Source: Marsupella aquatica
Taxonomy: Eukaryota; Plantae; Marchantiophyta
Assembly (NCBI GenBank): GCA_973895155.1
Contig: OZ316898.1
Coordinates: 10,873,187-10,937,186 of the forward strand
Reading direction: 5' to 3'
DNA: 64,000 bases
Shown piece by piece: positions 13,075 through 24,702 of this stretch. Within the stretch, counting starts at the first letter, position 1, and the number at the start of each line of letters is the position of its first letter. The notes beneath the pieces are model-generated. The model was not told where the DNA came from. It searched no databases and worked only from the letters and a program-made list of their open reading frames with translations. The position numbers and the translations under genes were made by a program.

Positions 13075-16000
13075 CTTTGGGTGTTGGCTCAACTGGGCCA
13101 AAGGTGTGTCTGCTTAGTAGGGAATCTAATTCTCCGTTGATAGCTTTCTGCCATTCAGGCCAATCTGGTCTGTTTTGGCATTCTAAGATGGATATTGGTT
13201 CTGGTGTTTCGTCTGTGATATGTGTTGCCACCATTAATGCAAAAGCATTATCTATTGAAGTAGTATTTCTATCCCACATCGTACCAGTGTGTGCGTAGTG
13301 GATAGAAATCTCTTCATGAGTTGTGGATTCGGTATGATCGACATCAGGTGAAGGTGGTATAGATGAACCGCGCCTTCTTGGTTGTTTATCCTTTGATCCC
13401 AAAGGTCTACCACGTTTGGCACGAGGTTGGGATGTACTTGCTGGCTCACTTGATAATTCGATGTGAGCAGATGCTCTCGCAACTGGAATATGTGAGCGGC
13501 TAACTTGTGATGTATCGACGAAAGCGTCGGGAAGTTCTTCCACAATCTTGTGGAGTTGTAAAATTCTTTGAACTTCTTTCTCCCCTTGATTGGTTCGAAG
13601 GTCTTGCCAAAATGGCGAATGTCTTTCCCACTCCAAAGGTGGTTGTGGGTGTTCAGGGGTTACTAACGGTGGATAAACATGTTCATCAAAATGGCAATCT
13701 AGGAATCTAGATTTAAAGACGTCGCCAGTTGTTGGCTCCATATATCGGATTATGGAAGGAGAGTCGAATCCGATGTATATCCCCAACTGTCGTTGGGGTC
13801 CCATCTTGGTTCGTTTGGGTGGAGTAATGGGGGCCATTACTTGACATCCAAATGAACGAAGATGTGATAGGTCAGGTTTAATACCATTAGCAATTTGGTA
13901 TGGGCTATAGGTATTAAAAGCCGATGGGCGGTATTGAATTAATGCGTTAGCCTGTAATATGGCATGTCCCCATGCTGAGACGGGGTGTTTTGACTGCATT
14001 AGTAGTGGGCGTGCAATTAACTGGAGGCGTTTAATGACCGCTTCAGCTAATCCATTCTAAAAATGCACGTGAGGTACAGGATATTGTACGTCTATGCCAA
14101 GTGATGTGCAAAAATCGTCAAATGTTTTGGATGTGAATTCCCCTGCATTGTCCACCCTGAGTGTCTTAATGGGATGATATGGGAATTGTGCTTTCACGCG
14201 CAAGATTTGCGCCAAAATGCGAGGCATAACCATGTTCCTCGTTGAAAGCAGTGTCACATTTGACCATTTAGTTGATGCGTCGATTAATACCATAAAGTAG
14301 CGAAAAGGTCCGCTTGGAGGGTTAATTGGCCCACAAACATCTGCATGGATGATTTCCAAGAATTTGGGTATTTTAGTGGACAATTTTGATGTCGTGGGCC
14401 TTGTTATTAATTTGCCGCGTGAGCATGCAGTGCATGGGGTGCTCGCTGGAATGTGGTGTGTATTGATTGGAATGCCTCTTGAATTCTTAATGATTTTGGT
14501 TAGCATTGATTGGCCGGGGTGGCCGAGGCGTGCATGCCAGAGCGCATGCAATTCGCTTGTGTTGGCATTGTTATGCAGGCATTCAATATGAGTTACATAA
14601 AACCCGCAAGGATACAAGAAAAGGGTTTCTTTAATGATTTTCCCCGTAGGGGTATTTTCAACCAAGTAGATGACCTCTTGGTCTCTGGTATCGCATGTTT
14701 GGACATGTAGTTCATTTGCTCATATATCTCTAAAACTAAGGAGATTACGAGTTGCGTTCGGGGCGAAAATGGCAGATTCTATGTGTATTTCGGTGCCCTA
14801 CGGGAGTCTAATAGAAGCTGGGCCGAAGCCCTCTTCTATTTGGCTAGGACCATTGATAGTGGTCAGGGACCTACGTGAGGGTGTAATCATGTGGAAAAGG
14901 TGCTTATCCCGAAGGATAGTATGTGTGGTCGCACTGTAAATGATACATATGCTTGGACTATTTAAATCTGGTGTAGTGGAGCTACTTGCCACTAAGTGTG
15001 CCTCGGGTTGGGCGGGTAGGTCTGAGAAGTCTTGGAATGGATCACTAGACTCCATAAACGCCCCGTGGGTTTCACGGGGTGGTGCCCTTGAGGTTTGTCC
15101 ATCCTGGATGGACCGTTGGTATAGTTCCCTAAGGTGTTGCGGGATTCTACAGTTTCTCGCTAGGTGGTTTATCATGCCACATTGATGGCATTTCGGTCGT
15201 TCCCGTTGTTGTCGAGGTTGTGACCAATCGTTTCTATGGTTGTTGTTATATGTTCTACCACCGCCGCGTCCTCCGCGTCTGCCACGTCTGCCTCGTCCTC
15301 CTCGTCCTCCACGTCCTTCTTGTCCTTCTCGTCCACCACGTCCTCTAAAGGTCCGTTGGGAGTTATATTGTGGACGTTGGTTATAGAAACTCCCCTTATT
15401 GTGGGTGTTTCTTCGGTTGCCATTCTTAGTGCGCTTAATGCCTTGCCTTGATGTGGAGGGTTCATCGTTTTCTATGTTATGGGTTTCATTCTGTTGTCCT
15501 GAGGCAGTGTGCCCGCAGGTCATTTTCTTGAGTTTACTAAAAGAAGTTCTTGGTTTCTTTCGGTGACTAGGAGGTGGGCTATGAGCTCGGAGTATTGCCC
15601 GAACTTCATGTTTCGATACTGTGTTGATAGCCACACATTCGATGAATGAAATGTCGACAAGGTCTTCTCTAGCAGATCCTTGTCTGTGACCGGCTCGCCA
15701 CATAGTGCGAGGGTTGATGTTATTCTAAAGAGTTCGCTATTGTAGGCTAAAATTGAGGTAAAGTCCTGGACTCGCAGGTTTAGCTAGTCTTGCCTAGCTT
15801 TAGGTAGTTCGACCAGTTTTTGGTGGTCGAATCGGGTTTGGAGCGCTGTCCATAGTTCACGAGGGGTTGATAGGTGCATGTATTGTCTTTGTAGGAATCT
15901 ATGGATATGGCGTCTAAGGAATACTAGAGCCTTAGATTCGTTGGCTTTAGTTAACGGGTCTGGGTGTGGTTCGCCGGCAAAGATGGGTTGAGCGAGCCCT

Positions 16001-16116
16001 ATTGCAGGGAGTAGGGTTAGCGAGGTTAGGTTTTCTTTTAGGTTCATGGACCATTCTAGGTAGCTGCCGCCATCTATTTCTAGGGCGGGGAAGTTGAGTT
16101 TCTCAAGGTTGGTCAT
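13075..16116 (-). pseudogene. Copia gag-protease-integrase (disrupted)
   Basis: Gag from 16116; RGG-rich stretch; knuckle CHQCGMINHLARNC; protease IIYSATTHTIL (catalytic D replaced by Y); LWHARLGHP..CTAC; HADVCGP, RVDNAGEF, HLRSFGC. Stops at 15784 and 14057, plus frameshifts. Confidence 0.9.
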
Positions 16117-17746
16117 CTCTAAGGTCCTGGCGTGCAGCGTTGGTGTGCGTGTTTATATATAATATATATAGTCAAAAGACAATGCACATTTGCCGCATGT
16201 ATTGTTGGAGAAAGGGTTGAGGGGAGCAATCTAGGTCATTGGCGAGTAAAGCAGGAATGTTTGGGTTTTTGCAGAATTTAGGTTTTGCACTTAGTAAATT
16301 GGTTTTCTTTGTAAATGTATAACTGCAGGGTTTCCTTTGTATTTGCTATTTCTTTTGTTAAACTGTGCAGTTATCCGGTTGTGCACTTAGGTTTGCAGTT
16401 ATGGGTGATTATTTAGTCGTGCCCTGGTTAAGTGCACATGGTGCTTTGTTAAGTTAATTTCTCATTGTTACGGTGTGCAATAATGGAGGGTTTAGCGGTT
16501 AAGTGCGGTTATGGAGCGTGCACTTAGCGGGTTTGGCTCGGTTCGACGTTCTCTCGATGTTTTGAGCTTTGAGGTTGCGCTATCTCCCTCATTTGCCGCT
16601 TCGCTCGACCTTCTGATCTCGTTAGCAGTCGTGGCCTTCCGTCTATGGTTCTTATGGTTGCTCTCTATTGCTCATTTCGCCCTCTCGCTGTTTTCGGTGT
16701 CTCGCTACTATCGGCCCTTCTTTCAAGTGCCCTTTGAATTTTTGTTTCCCATGGAAGTTTAGAATTCGGACGCGCGTCGTGGTTTTGTGAAACACCTTAA
16801 ATGCGACGCATCAGGCTGACCGATCTTCTCAAACGTTTCTCTCTCTCTTTCATTCACTGCTGGTCTCGAGGGTGTGGCCTCTCGCTGCCTTATCGATCTT
16901 TTGTATCCCTGTTCGGCAATCTATCTCGTCATATAAATAACTCGCTCGCGCTCGATCTCTCGTCAAGAAGGCCTCAACTGAAATTGCATCAATTTCTGTT
17001 TCGGTCTCTCGCTGCTGGTGGTCCTTATCTTTCCATTTCAATTCTCCTCCCTCGTAAACTGTCGAATGATTTCTTAATGTTTTCTCTCCCCTCCTTCCTT
17101 CGATTTGTGCAGCGGAGGGGTTCTGCTGTCCTTATCGATGCTTCTCTGAAATGGTGCCGTAGTTTTTCTGCTTCAGCAATTGAACCTCCTCTAGGGCTGA
17201 GCTAGCGCGAGAGCAGAGAAGTTCGCCTTCTGTCAGCAGTCACGCGTTCCAGGGCTCTCTATCTTCTCCTCTTGACTTCTCGATCCTCTTTTGTCAATGA
17301 ATTCTATATATCTCCTCCTTCGATCGAGCTCACCTAATCTCTATTTCTTGCCTTAATTTGTTGATCCTGTGCTCTGGCCAAGATCGACTGTCTGCTGCAC
17401 CTTCATGTTCGGATTCGTTAGTGATTTCTGCTCTTTGCTTTTTTTTCTTTGCTCTTTTCAGATTTCTGCTTCGTGTCTGCTGCTTGCAAGTGTGTGTTCA
17501 ATTACGAAGGTCGATTGGTATCCCTTTTCAAATTGACGATCTTTACGAGTCTCCTCGCTTCCAGGTTCCTTTGATCTCCGTAACCCTTCGAGAGAAAAAT
17601 TCTTAGCCTACAGCTTTTGCTTATGTTATCGAGGTCTTGTAGTTACTGGATAGGTACAATCACCCGGTCCTCCATTCGATATTCAGAAAAAATTCAATCT
17701 TCCATGGTATTCTCTCTTTTCTTCTTTTGCTCCTCTTGGTAGGCTT

Positions 17747-17760
17747 TCGTGCTGATAACG
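17747..17760 (-). promoter_or_regulatory. Primer binding site complementary to the anticodon arm of cytosolic tRNA-Ile (half-tRNA priming)
   Basis: Minus strand CGTTATCAGCACGA directly follows the 5' LTR. The plus strand reads TCGTG-CT-GAT-AA-CG, matching the recalled plant tRNA-Ile(AAU) anticodon arm with G at position 34. Confidence 0.8.
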
Positions 17761-17870
17761 TGTGAGAGTATGAATGAGAATGAATATGTATAGTCTGGTA
17801 ATGATTGTACATATAGTGGGACCAGGGTGACCGGCTGGTCTGGTCATCCAGTCAAAGGTAGAGTCTAACA
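17761..17870 (-). repeat. 5' LTR of copia element
   Basis: TG...CA, 110 bp, matches 4179-4288, adjacent to the PBS. Confidence 0.92.
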
Positions 17871-18397
17871 ATATATATATCCGATCGTCGCAATTGCACC
17901 TTGTACTTATATCACAGTATGGCCTACCCAGTAGTCCTTGTTTATACGTTATTAGCCTCGATATTAAGAAAGATGGAAAAGATTTTAAAACATAAACGTG
18001 CCGGTTATGCTGAATAGACTGGACTCCCACATGTCGTCCTCTCCGAGTTCTCAACGAGAGTGGACACTTGGATGGTTATCAACCCTTGTGACGTGGAAGC
18101 CAAGACACGGCGGAGACCAGAATGTATCGACCAAATCGCCGATTGAGAACAGTAATGTGATGTCCACTTCTCCACACTTTGGACGAATGCGTGATCGATT
18201 CTGCAAAATTCCCTTGTGTTTGTCTGCTCTTCAATCCTGTTGTGGGTTTTGTTTCCCTTCTGTCATGCTTTACGTCCCCTGTTTCGCCAAATTTCTGTTG
18301 CGCGCCGGAACGAAGAGAAGTGGAGAGACCTCCGTCATACTTCATCATCTCCAATCCTTGCCGTTTCCCGTCCAGAAGAGCATCAGCGGCTGTGAAA

Positions 18398-20163
18398 ATG
18401 GTGTCGTCCGCTTCCCTTGCTTTCGCGATGTTGGTTTCCGTTGCCGTTGTAGCACAGGTAGGTCTTAGGAGCAGAGAATTAGTATTGAAGGTCCTCTGTG
18501 GTCGCTCAATGTGTCTTTCGCTCTGGTCAGGTTCCTAGAAGCCGCTGTTCATGCTATGGAGTCTACGGCATTACCTTTTGTGCTTCTTAATTCACATATT
18601 CCAAAGAATTGAATGGGTTTCTAGTCTAGTGCAGTCTAGTGCAGTCTAGTGTTGTCTCTCCTTTCGTTGAGATAATAGGTGTTTCCGAGAGAGAGGCTTT
18701 GAAATAGTCGGAGAAAGAACACTTCGAGATTGCCTATTGTAGTTTCTTACCTGTGCTTGTTTTTATGGTGCTTTGATGAGTTTCACCATTTTTGTCCCTG
18801 GGCTCATTCGCTAACACATAGCTTTTTTGCTTCGATATGCTATTTAACTACCCTGCAGGCGGCAGCACAAACAGGAGTTACCCCGCATCCAACAGGAGCT
18901 GTTTACATTGTCCATATGGAGAAATCGGACTCAAATTCCAAAGACCTTGAAGCTCGTCACCTGGAAACGCTCTCCTCTGTATTTGGTGGCAGGTACTTAA
19001 TGCCCTTTCTCCCATTGTAGGTGAATGACAGTTTCTTGGGTCCAGTCATGAATGCGTTGGATTTCAAAATTGGTATGCATGAAATTTCGAGAAGAGTGGG
19101 TAGTGGCATTGGTGTTTTACATGCATCCTTCGTTTGCTCGCTTGTCAGTTGCGTGACGTTGCATTTATGAAATTGTCTCTTTGGCCTTAAAGCCTTTGTT
19201 GTCATTCTTCATTCTTCATTCTTCGTGTTATTAGGTCTCATGTAGGGCAGTGCTAGTTCGGCATCCACTCTTGATTCCAGCACTGCTCTATGCTCTCTCT
19301 AAATTTACTAGTCTAGGCAAGTGCATATATTGAGCAGGTGTTCTGTTGATTGCCCTCGGAGCGGATGGGAATCTTATGCGTTGGAAGAAGAGATTTAGTT
19401 TTGATGTATACATATGTATGGCTGATGGCAAGAAAACCAAGAATTAACTGTGAGGTTCCCAGACTCGAGAACATGGGAAGATTCAATTGCAGTACTTTTT
19501 CCCAGTCCAGTCGAATGATGGAATCGTTTTATTCATGTTTGCAGCCACGAGATGGCGAAGAAGTCAATTTTGTACAGCTACACAAACGCAATGAACGGAT
19601 TCTCAGCAAAACTAACACCAGAGCAAGTTGCTGAGCTGTCAAGTGAGTCTTCGCTCACTAGACCTTACCACTTCGCTAAACAGTGTGGAAGGATTGTGTT
19701 TCAATGTCCTCACATGCAGGTTCCAGTGCTGGTCGCCTCTTCTTAGCCTCATGTCTGCCAGTGATTGTCTGTTGATTAATATTTATACTACTACAAGTTT
19801 TTGTTGTTCTCCATGGTTTAAGTTGTTTCCACGATTCCATGCATGCTGGGACGCTAATCTTTTTGGGCAGACTGTCCTTCTCGTTGGCTTCATGTCCTCT
19901 CTCTAGCATCTAGGTTTCGAAATGTAGAGGACTAGATTTTGCAATTGGAACTTTGAGTCATTCTGTTCTATGCTTGCATTTCTCTTTGTCTCTATTGAGG
20001 GCCATTATTTGCATCGATGGGTCTAGGCAGGTGAGAAACCTTTGACTGAGCATTTGCGTTGCATCTTTGTGCAGAAAAACCTGGCGTTCTTTCAGTTCAA
20101 CGACAAGGGGTGGCACACTTGCACCCGGCACAAACAACTGGGTTGCAAAACAAAGGGGTCTAA
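18398..20163 (+). CDS. Stand-alone subtilisin propeptide-like inhibitor (Inhibitor I9 domain), secreted, ~126 aa
   Basis: Exons 18398-18457, 18859-18992, 19545-19642 and 20075-20163 join in frame. Signal peptide, then VYIVHM...HLETLSSVFG..AKKSILYSYTNAMNGFSAKLTPEQVAELSKKPGVLSV and a stop with no S8 domain. Confidence 0.88.
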
Positions 20164-21366
20164 ATAGATCTTTGTTAGACTTGCAAGCAATCTTTTTCCA
20201 ATTACTAGACCACATCATCATATTGATCTAAAATTAGTGACTCTTTCGTTCGTGTCAGTCAAGTGCTTCATATGGGAGTGGACCTTCAATTCTAGTTATC
20301 TACAGAATGGTGTTGTTTAGAGCCTGAACTACTAGGGACACAAACGATGACGTTTCAATCCGATTGAGTGTAGGCAATTGGACTGGTGCTGCAAGCCTGG
20401 GTAGAAGCTCTTTCTAAAATATGAGCTAGTGGAGGCTGAGCAAAATTTGATAGGGGAAATAGACTCTGCATGCCTGGCGGAGCATAGAACAGAGCAGATC
20501 AATGATATGATCGATGGCTATTAATAAAGCTCAATAGAGCTACGGGAAACCCCACTCCGGTCAAAAATCCCTAAATACGAGTGGGATGCGTCTTGCGATA
20601 GATCGTTGTCTCTTCAGTGTATTTCAAAACTGAAACATTTATGTTCCCTGATCTGCTAAGTGATCAGCTTGTGTGTCGATTTAAAACCGTCAGTCTATGG
20701 TGGCCTTGAATGACAACGAATCTAAGGTGAACAGGGTTCGATGACTAAAATTTTGCACCGATGCTCTCAATTCAAAATCCCCGGGAACTTGGTGGTGGGC
20801 TGTAGAGAAATAGATGCATACCAGAGTTTTGCTCAGAAGGTGTGTGAATGCAGAAGCTATCAGAGCCTCTAGTAGGTCTAGGATATAAGAAAGAATTTCA
20901 CGGGCTGACACAGTTTCTTACTATGTAGCTACTGTAGCTTATACAAAAAAACAATTGTCACTCAAATGAAATTTTAGCGTAGACACTTGAATACTTACTG
21001 GCAGTTGTCCTTGACCTGTATTGCGGATTGATACCTTCCTGAAGGCAATCAGCGCAGGGCAAAACGATTAGAACAAGGTGTCAGGAGTCTTATCTTTCTA
21101 GCACCATTGGAGCTCCGTCAGTATGACATCAGCGATAGTTTGCCTTGAATAATGTCGCCGTGAGCCATTTTTAATTGTAAATGGATACTCATAAGCTCTA
21201 ATGAGATCTCTATCTCAAAATATTCTTCGCATGAAAATCAAGTTTTTTTACATTTAACTTGAATTTCTCTATGTCAACTTAAATGACACCTGCCCTTACC
21301 CGTAGTTCGCATAAAAAAGTACAAGTTCAGATATGGTGACAAGTGATGAGTGCAAAACCTTTTATT

Positions 21367-21489
21367 GGCAAGTGCTCTACCTTTTGGTGAGACACTATTC
21401 ACCAGAGGGAAAGAATGAGTAGCGAGGGCAAGTGCTCTACCTTTTATGGTGAGACACTATTCACAGAGGGAAAGAATGAGTAGTGAGGG
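21367..21489. repeat. Tandem duplication, ~60 bp x2
   Basis: GGCAAGTGCTCTACCTTTT...GAATGAGTAG at 21367 and 21427. Confidence 0.9.
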
Positions 21490-21870
21490 ATGGAATGAGG
21501 CTTTTATGTGGACAGGTGGTAGCGCACTAAGTCCAGCAAAACTAGGTGAGTCTAGGGTGGCTCTGAAAATCCCTGAATCAAGGAAAAGGATTCCACGCTG
21601 TCCTCTTGGGGTGCCAGGCCCCACCGTACGCCGCCAAGAAGAGAGACTACTAAATTCGCAAAGTCGACCACTGAAGGCAAAACTTAATATAAATGAAATT
21701 GGGACGCTATTTTCTACGCGTGTCAAGTCATGGCTAGTACTCTAGCTGCATTTCTCTCACTTGATCTCCTAGGAATTATCGCTACAGCTCTTGTAGTTCA
21801 AGCCTGTCAGTGGTCTTCCATTCTCGTGCTGAAGTCGAGCATCCGAGTTGAATCGGATGATCACGCCAGC

Positions 21871-22132
21871 CAGTGTATTTTTTGAGTGCGGATTTTCGCC
21901 AAATTCCACTTCCCCAAAAAATGTTGGCTAGATTTTTTGAATACCAAAAGCCACTCTTCCACCCAATCATGGACCCCATTAATCAGAATTTAATGGTCCT
22001 CCTTAAATCTAGAGATATATGACAGTCCCTAATTTAATTCAGTAAAATATATTGAGAATGTTCCTAGATTCTCCTCCCTAAGAGTAGCAAACATTTGTCA
22101 CACTGGCTAAAAATTAAAAAACCTTAAAAAGC
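21871..22132 (+). mobile_element. hAT-type MITE, older copy with damaged right end
   Basis: Starts CAGTGTATTTTTT; internal similarity to 23094-23373; flanks ACGCCAGC / ACGCCAAC (8 bp, 1 mismatch). Confidence 0.7.
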
Positions 22133-23093
22133 ACGCCAACCTCCTCCCCAAGGCTTCCTTTTGTATTTTGTGGCAGGTGACACTATAGCGGACTTATGGC
22201 AAGCTAAGAAGCTATTCTGGTCAGGTGACATTTATGGCGCGACTGAGAAGCCTCTTTTAGCCCAATTTTTGTATGGTCAGCATATTGATGGTTAGATCTA
22301 TGCATTGTGAACCTGGATGGTCAATTATGACACATAGTCACTAAAGTTTTTGAAATACCTCGGGAGTATCTTTCCCAAGCCACTCCACCTGGTAACAAAT
22401 GTGCCAAATTAACACAGAAACGAAACACTTCTCCTCCTGCCAGTTTCAACTGTGGAGTCTAATATTGGTTCAATGAAGTTTTCTTTAAAGGAAGAAAAAT
22501 GAAATACCTAAAACTAACCGGAGTTTATGTCAAAAAATCTCATCAATGTTGATGAGAGTTTTGAGTGAGTCCACACAATTGCACATCAAGACTGTGTGTT
22601 ATGTCACTCCAAACCATGATAAACCAAAACATTTTGATTAAGTCACCAAATGTTATTCTAAATACATATCTGGCTGTCCTATTTTGATATGCAATTGCTC
22701 GGACCCTTCTTGAGTGGCCAGACGTCATTGCTCAATTGGCTGAGCAAGGTTCTGCTCCACCTAATCCGTGGATAATGCTCTAGATACCTCCTACCCTAGA
22801 GGGCTCTAGATACTATCGTAGAGGTGCTTCGGAGTCCATTTTTTTCTCTAACTGTGGCGAACCGGGCGTTTTTGATTCTTCATCTTCTGATGAAGAAACA
22901 TGGTCATGTATTTCATCATGGGAGTTTGTAGCTTTATTAGTAGATGTTTTGGGTACCCTCGGGTTTTTGGGCTCTTTGGTACTTCTGGGGTTTGTCCTTT
23001 GTGTTCTCCTCTTTATTGGGCCTATGGGATCCTGTCCTCTGCTGTTTCAAGGGCCTCGTTTGAATGTCCTTTGTGTTCACTCAGGGTGATGGG

Positions 23094-23373
23094 CAGCGTT
23101 TTTTGTAGTGGCCAAAATTAGCCAAATTCCACCTCCCCCAAAAAGCTTTCGTCACTTTTGGCAAAAATTAGCTAGTATTTTTTCCTTCTGATTAGCCAGT
23201 GTCCCACCTAAGCACAGGCCTCTTTAGCCAGAATCTAATGGTCACCCTTAAATCTAGGGACATCTGAGGGTCAGGAAATTAATCAGATAAGGATTATTTT
23301 GAGCATCTTTTCTTTCACACCCTGAACATTCGCCACTCTGGCGAAAAGCAAAACCCTTAAAAAAAATATGCTG
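23094..23373 (+). mobile_element. hAT-type MITE (280 bp)
   Basis: TIRs CAGCGTTTTTT / AAAAAATATGCTG; perfect 8-bp TSD GTGATGGG at 23086-23093 and 23374-23381. Confidence 0.9.
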
Positions 23374-24702
23374 GTGATGGGTTCCTGGAATGTCGCTAAT
23401 GGCTCTCCATACCCTTTGCCAGCTGGTTGCTGCCTTGACTCTGCACAGCAATGTTAGATTTAAAACCAGGAGTGATGCCTTTTTGCCTCTAAAAGATCAA
23501 CTGAAATTCATTCAAAAAACCAGCATACAAAAAGGGTGGTCCACAAGAGGGGGTCGGCACCCATGGAGACCAGAGGTCCAAAAGCCTGATGCCTTCACTT
23601 TTGCCGAGCAGTCTTTGGCATAATTGTAGACCCCTTGTGTGGGGAGACTGAGATTCAGGGTTCACATCTTCTTATGATGGCATTGCATTTTATACCAAGG
23701 TTTGTAAAAATTGTAGGCAGTTGCCCAGAGAGACATGATTTTGTGGTAATTCACTTGGGTAAAGACTAATAGATGTTGGGTTCAAATTTTTGTAGCTGAC
23801 ATTTCCCCATTATTGTAGTTTATTTTTCTCTTCTGTGAGGTTTCACAAATTTCCCTTAAAAATTTAAATAAATAGTAAAATAAATAAAATTGCAGAGCAG
23901 CCGACGGACACGAATTGATAGCAGGCAGTCCAAAAACCATGAATGGTTACCAAGGGACTCGACTCCCTCTCCCGGGGATCCGTGGTTTGGCTCGTATGCA
24001 CTGTGATGATATAAATACGTAGACGCACTGGGAAATCGACCGGCGTTTGTTGGGTGGGATCGCTCCCCTGGGACAATGAGAAGAAAGCATCTGAAACCGA
24101 GACCGGCGTTTCCAGACAGGTTTTGGAGGCCATGTGGCAGCCCATGATTGTAGCACTGAGTACAACGTCACCTAGGCAGCCACCTGTTTCTAATGCAGCG
24201 GATGCAATACACGTTGCAAGTTTTCGACACTTCAATTTGTGCAGACGAATAGAGAATTGTTTCTCCATCCGCTACGAAAGTAAACCACTATATAGAGATG
24301 TAACGAAGGTGGATCCATCGATTCAATTACGTCGGCAGCTAGTTGCTTCGAAGTTCCAAGGGTCCTCGTCAGCTTACTCTCTTGCATATTTGTTGTGCCG
24401 TCGCATGTCTACGGACAGGAACTAGGGAGGTGGACAGGAATTAGGGAGGGACGACTTCCAGAAGGACTCTCAGTCAGGAAGAGCAGAGATAACTCCTAAA
24501 GTAATCACAGCAAGGACGAGGGAACTGAGAGCAGAGATTTCGCGTGAAGTAATAAAATCAAGGACTAGGGAAGTACTGCATTGTCGACTGATGCAAACTG
24601 TATGTGCAAGACTACCGAACTAGGATATCAGCTCAGCTAATCTGGCCCAGCCACTTCCCGGCAAGTGAAGCACGACGAGAACGGAGAGGGTCAGTCGGAG
24701 CC

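Larger units (their letters stand above)
4179..17870 (-). mobile_element. Ty1/copia LTR retrotransposon, Bianca-like, decayed, interrupted by a nested gypsy element
   Basis: 110-bp LTRs at 17761-17870 (5') and 4179-4288 (3'); PBS 17747-17760; PPT AAAGGGGAG at 4289-4297. Domain order gag-PR-INT-RT-RH on the minus strand. Gag starts MTNLEKLNFPALEIDGGSYLEW (Bianca-like). No TSD found. Confidence 0.93.

Noticed and set aside
16511-17606. Plus-strand ORFs in the copia leader
   Set aside because: Low-complexity antisense ORFs rich in S/L/F with no recognisable domain.
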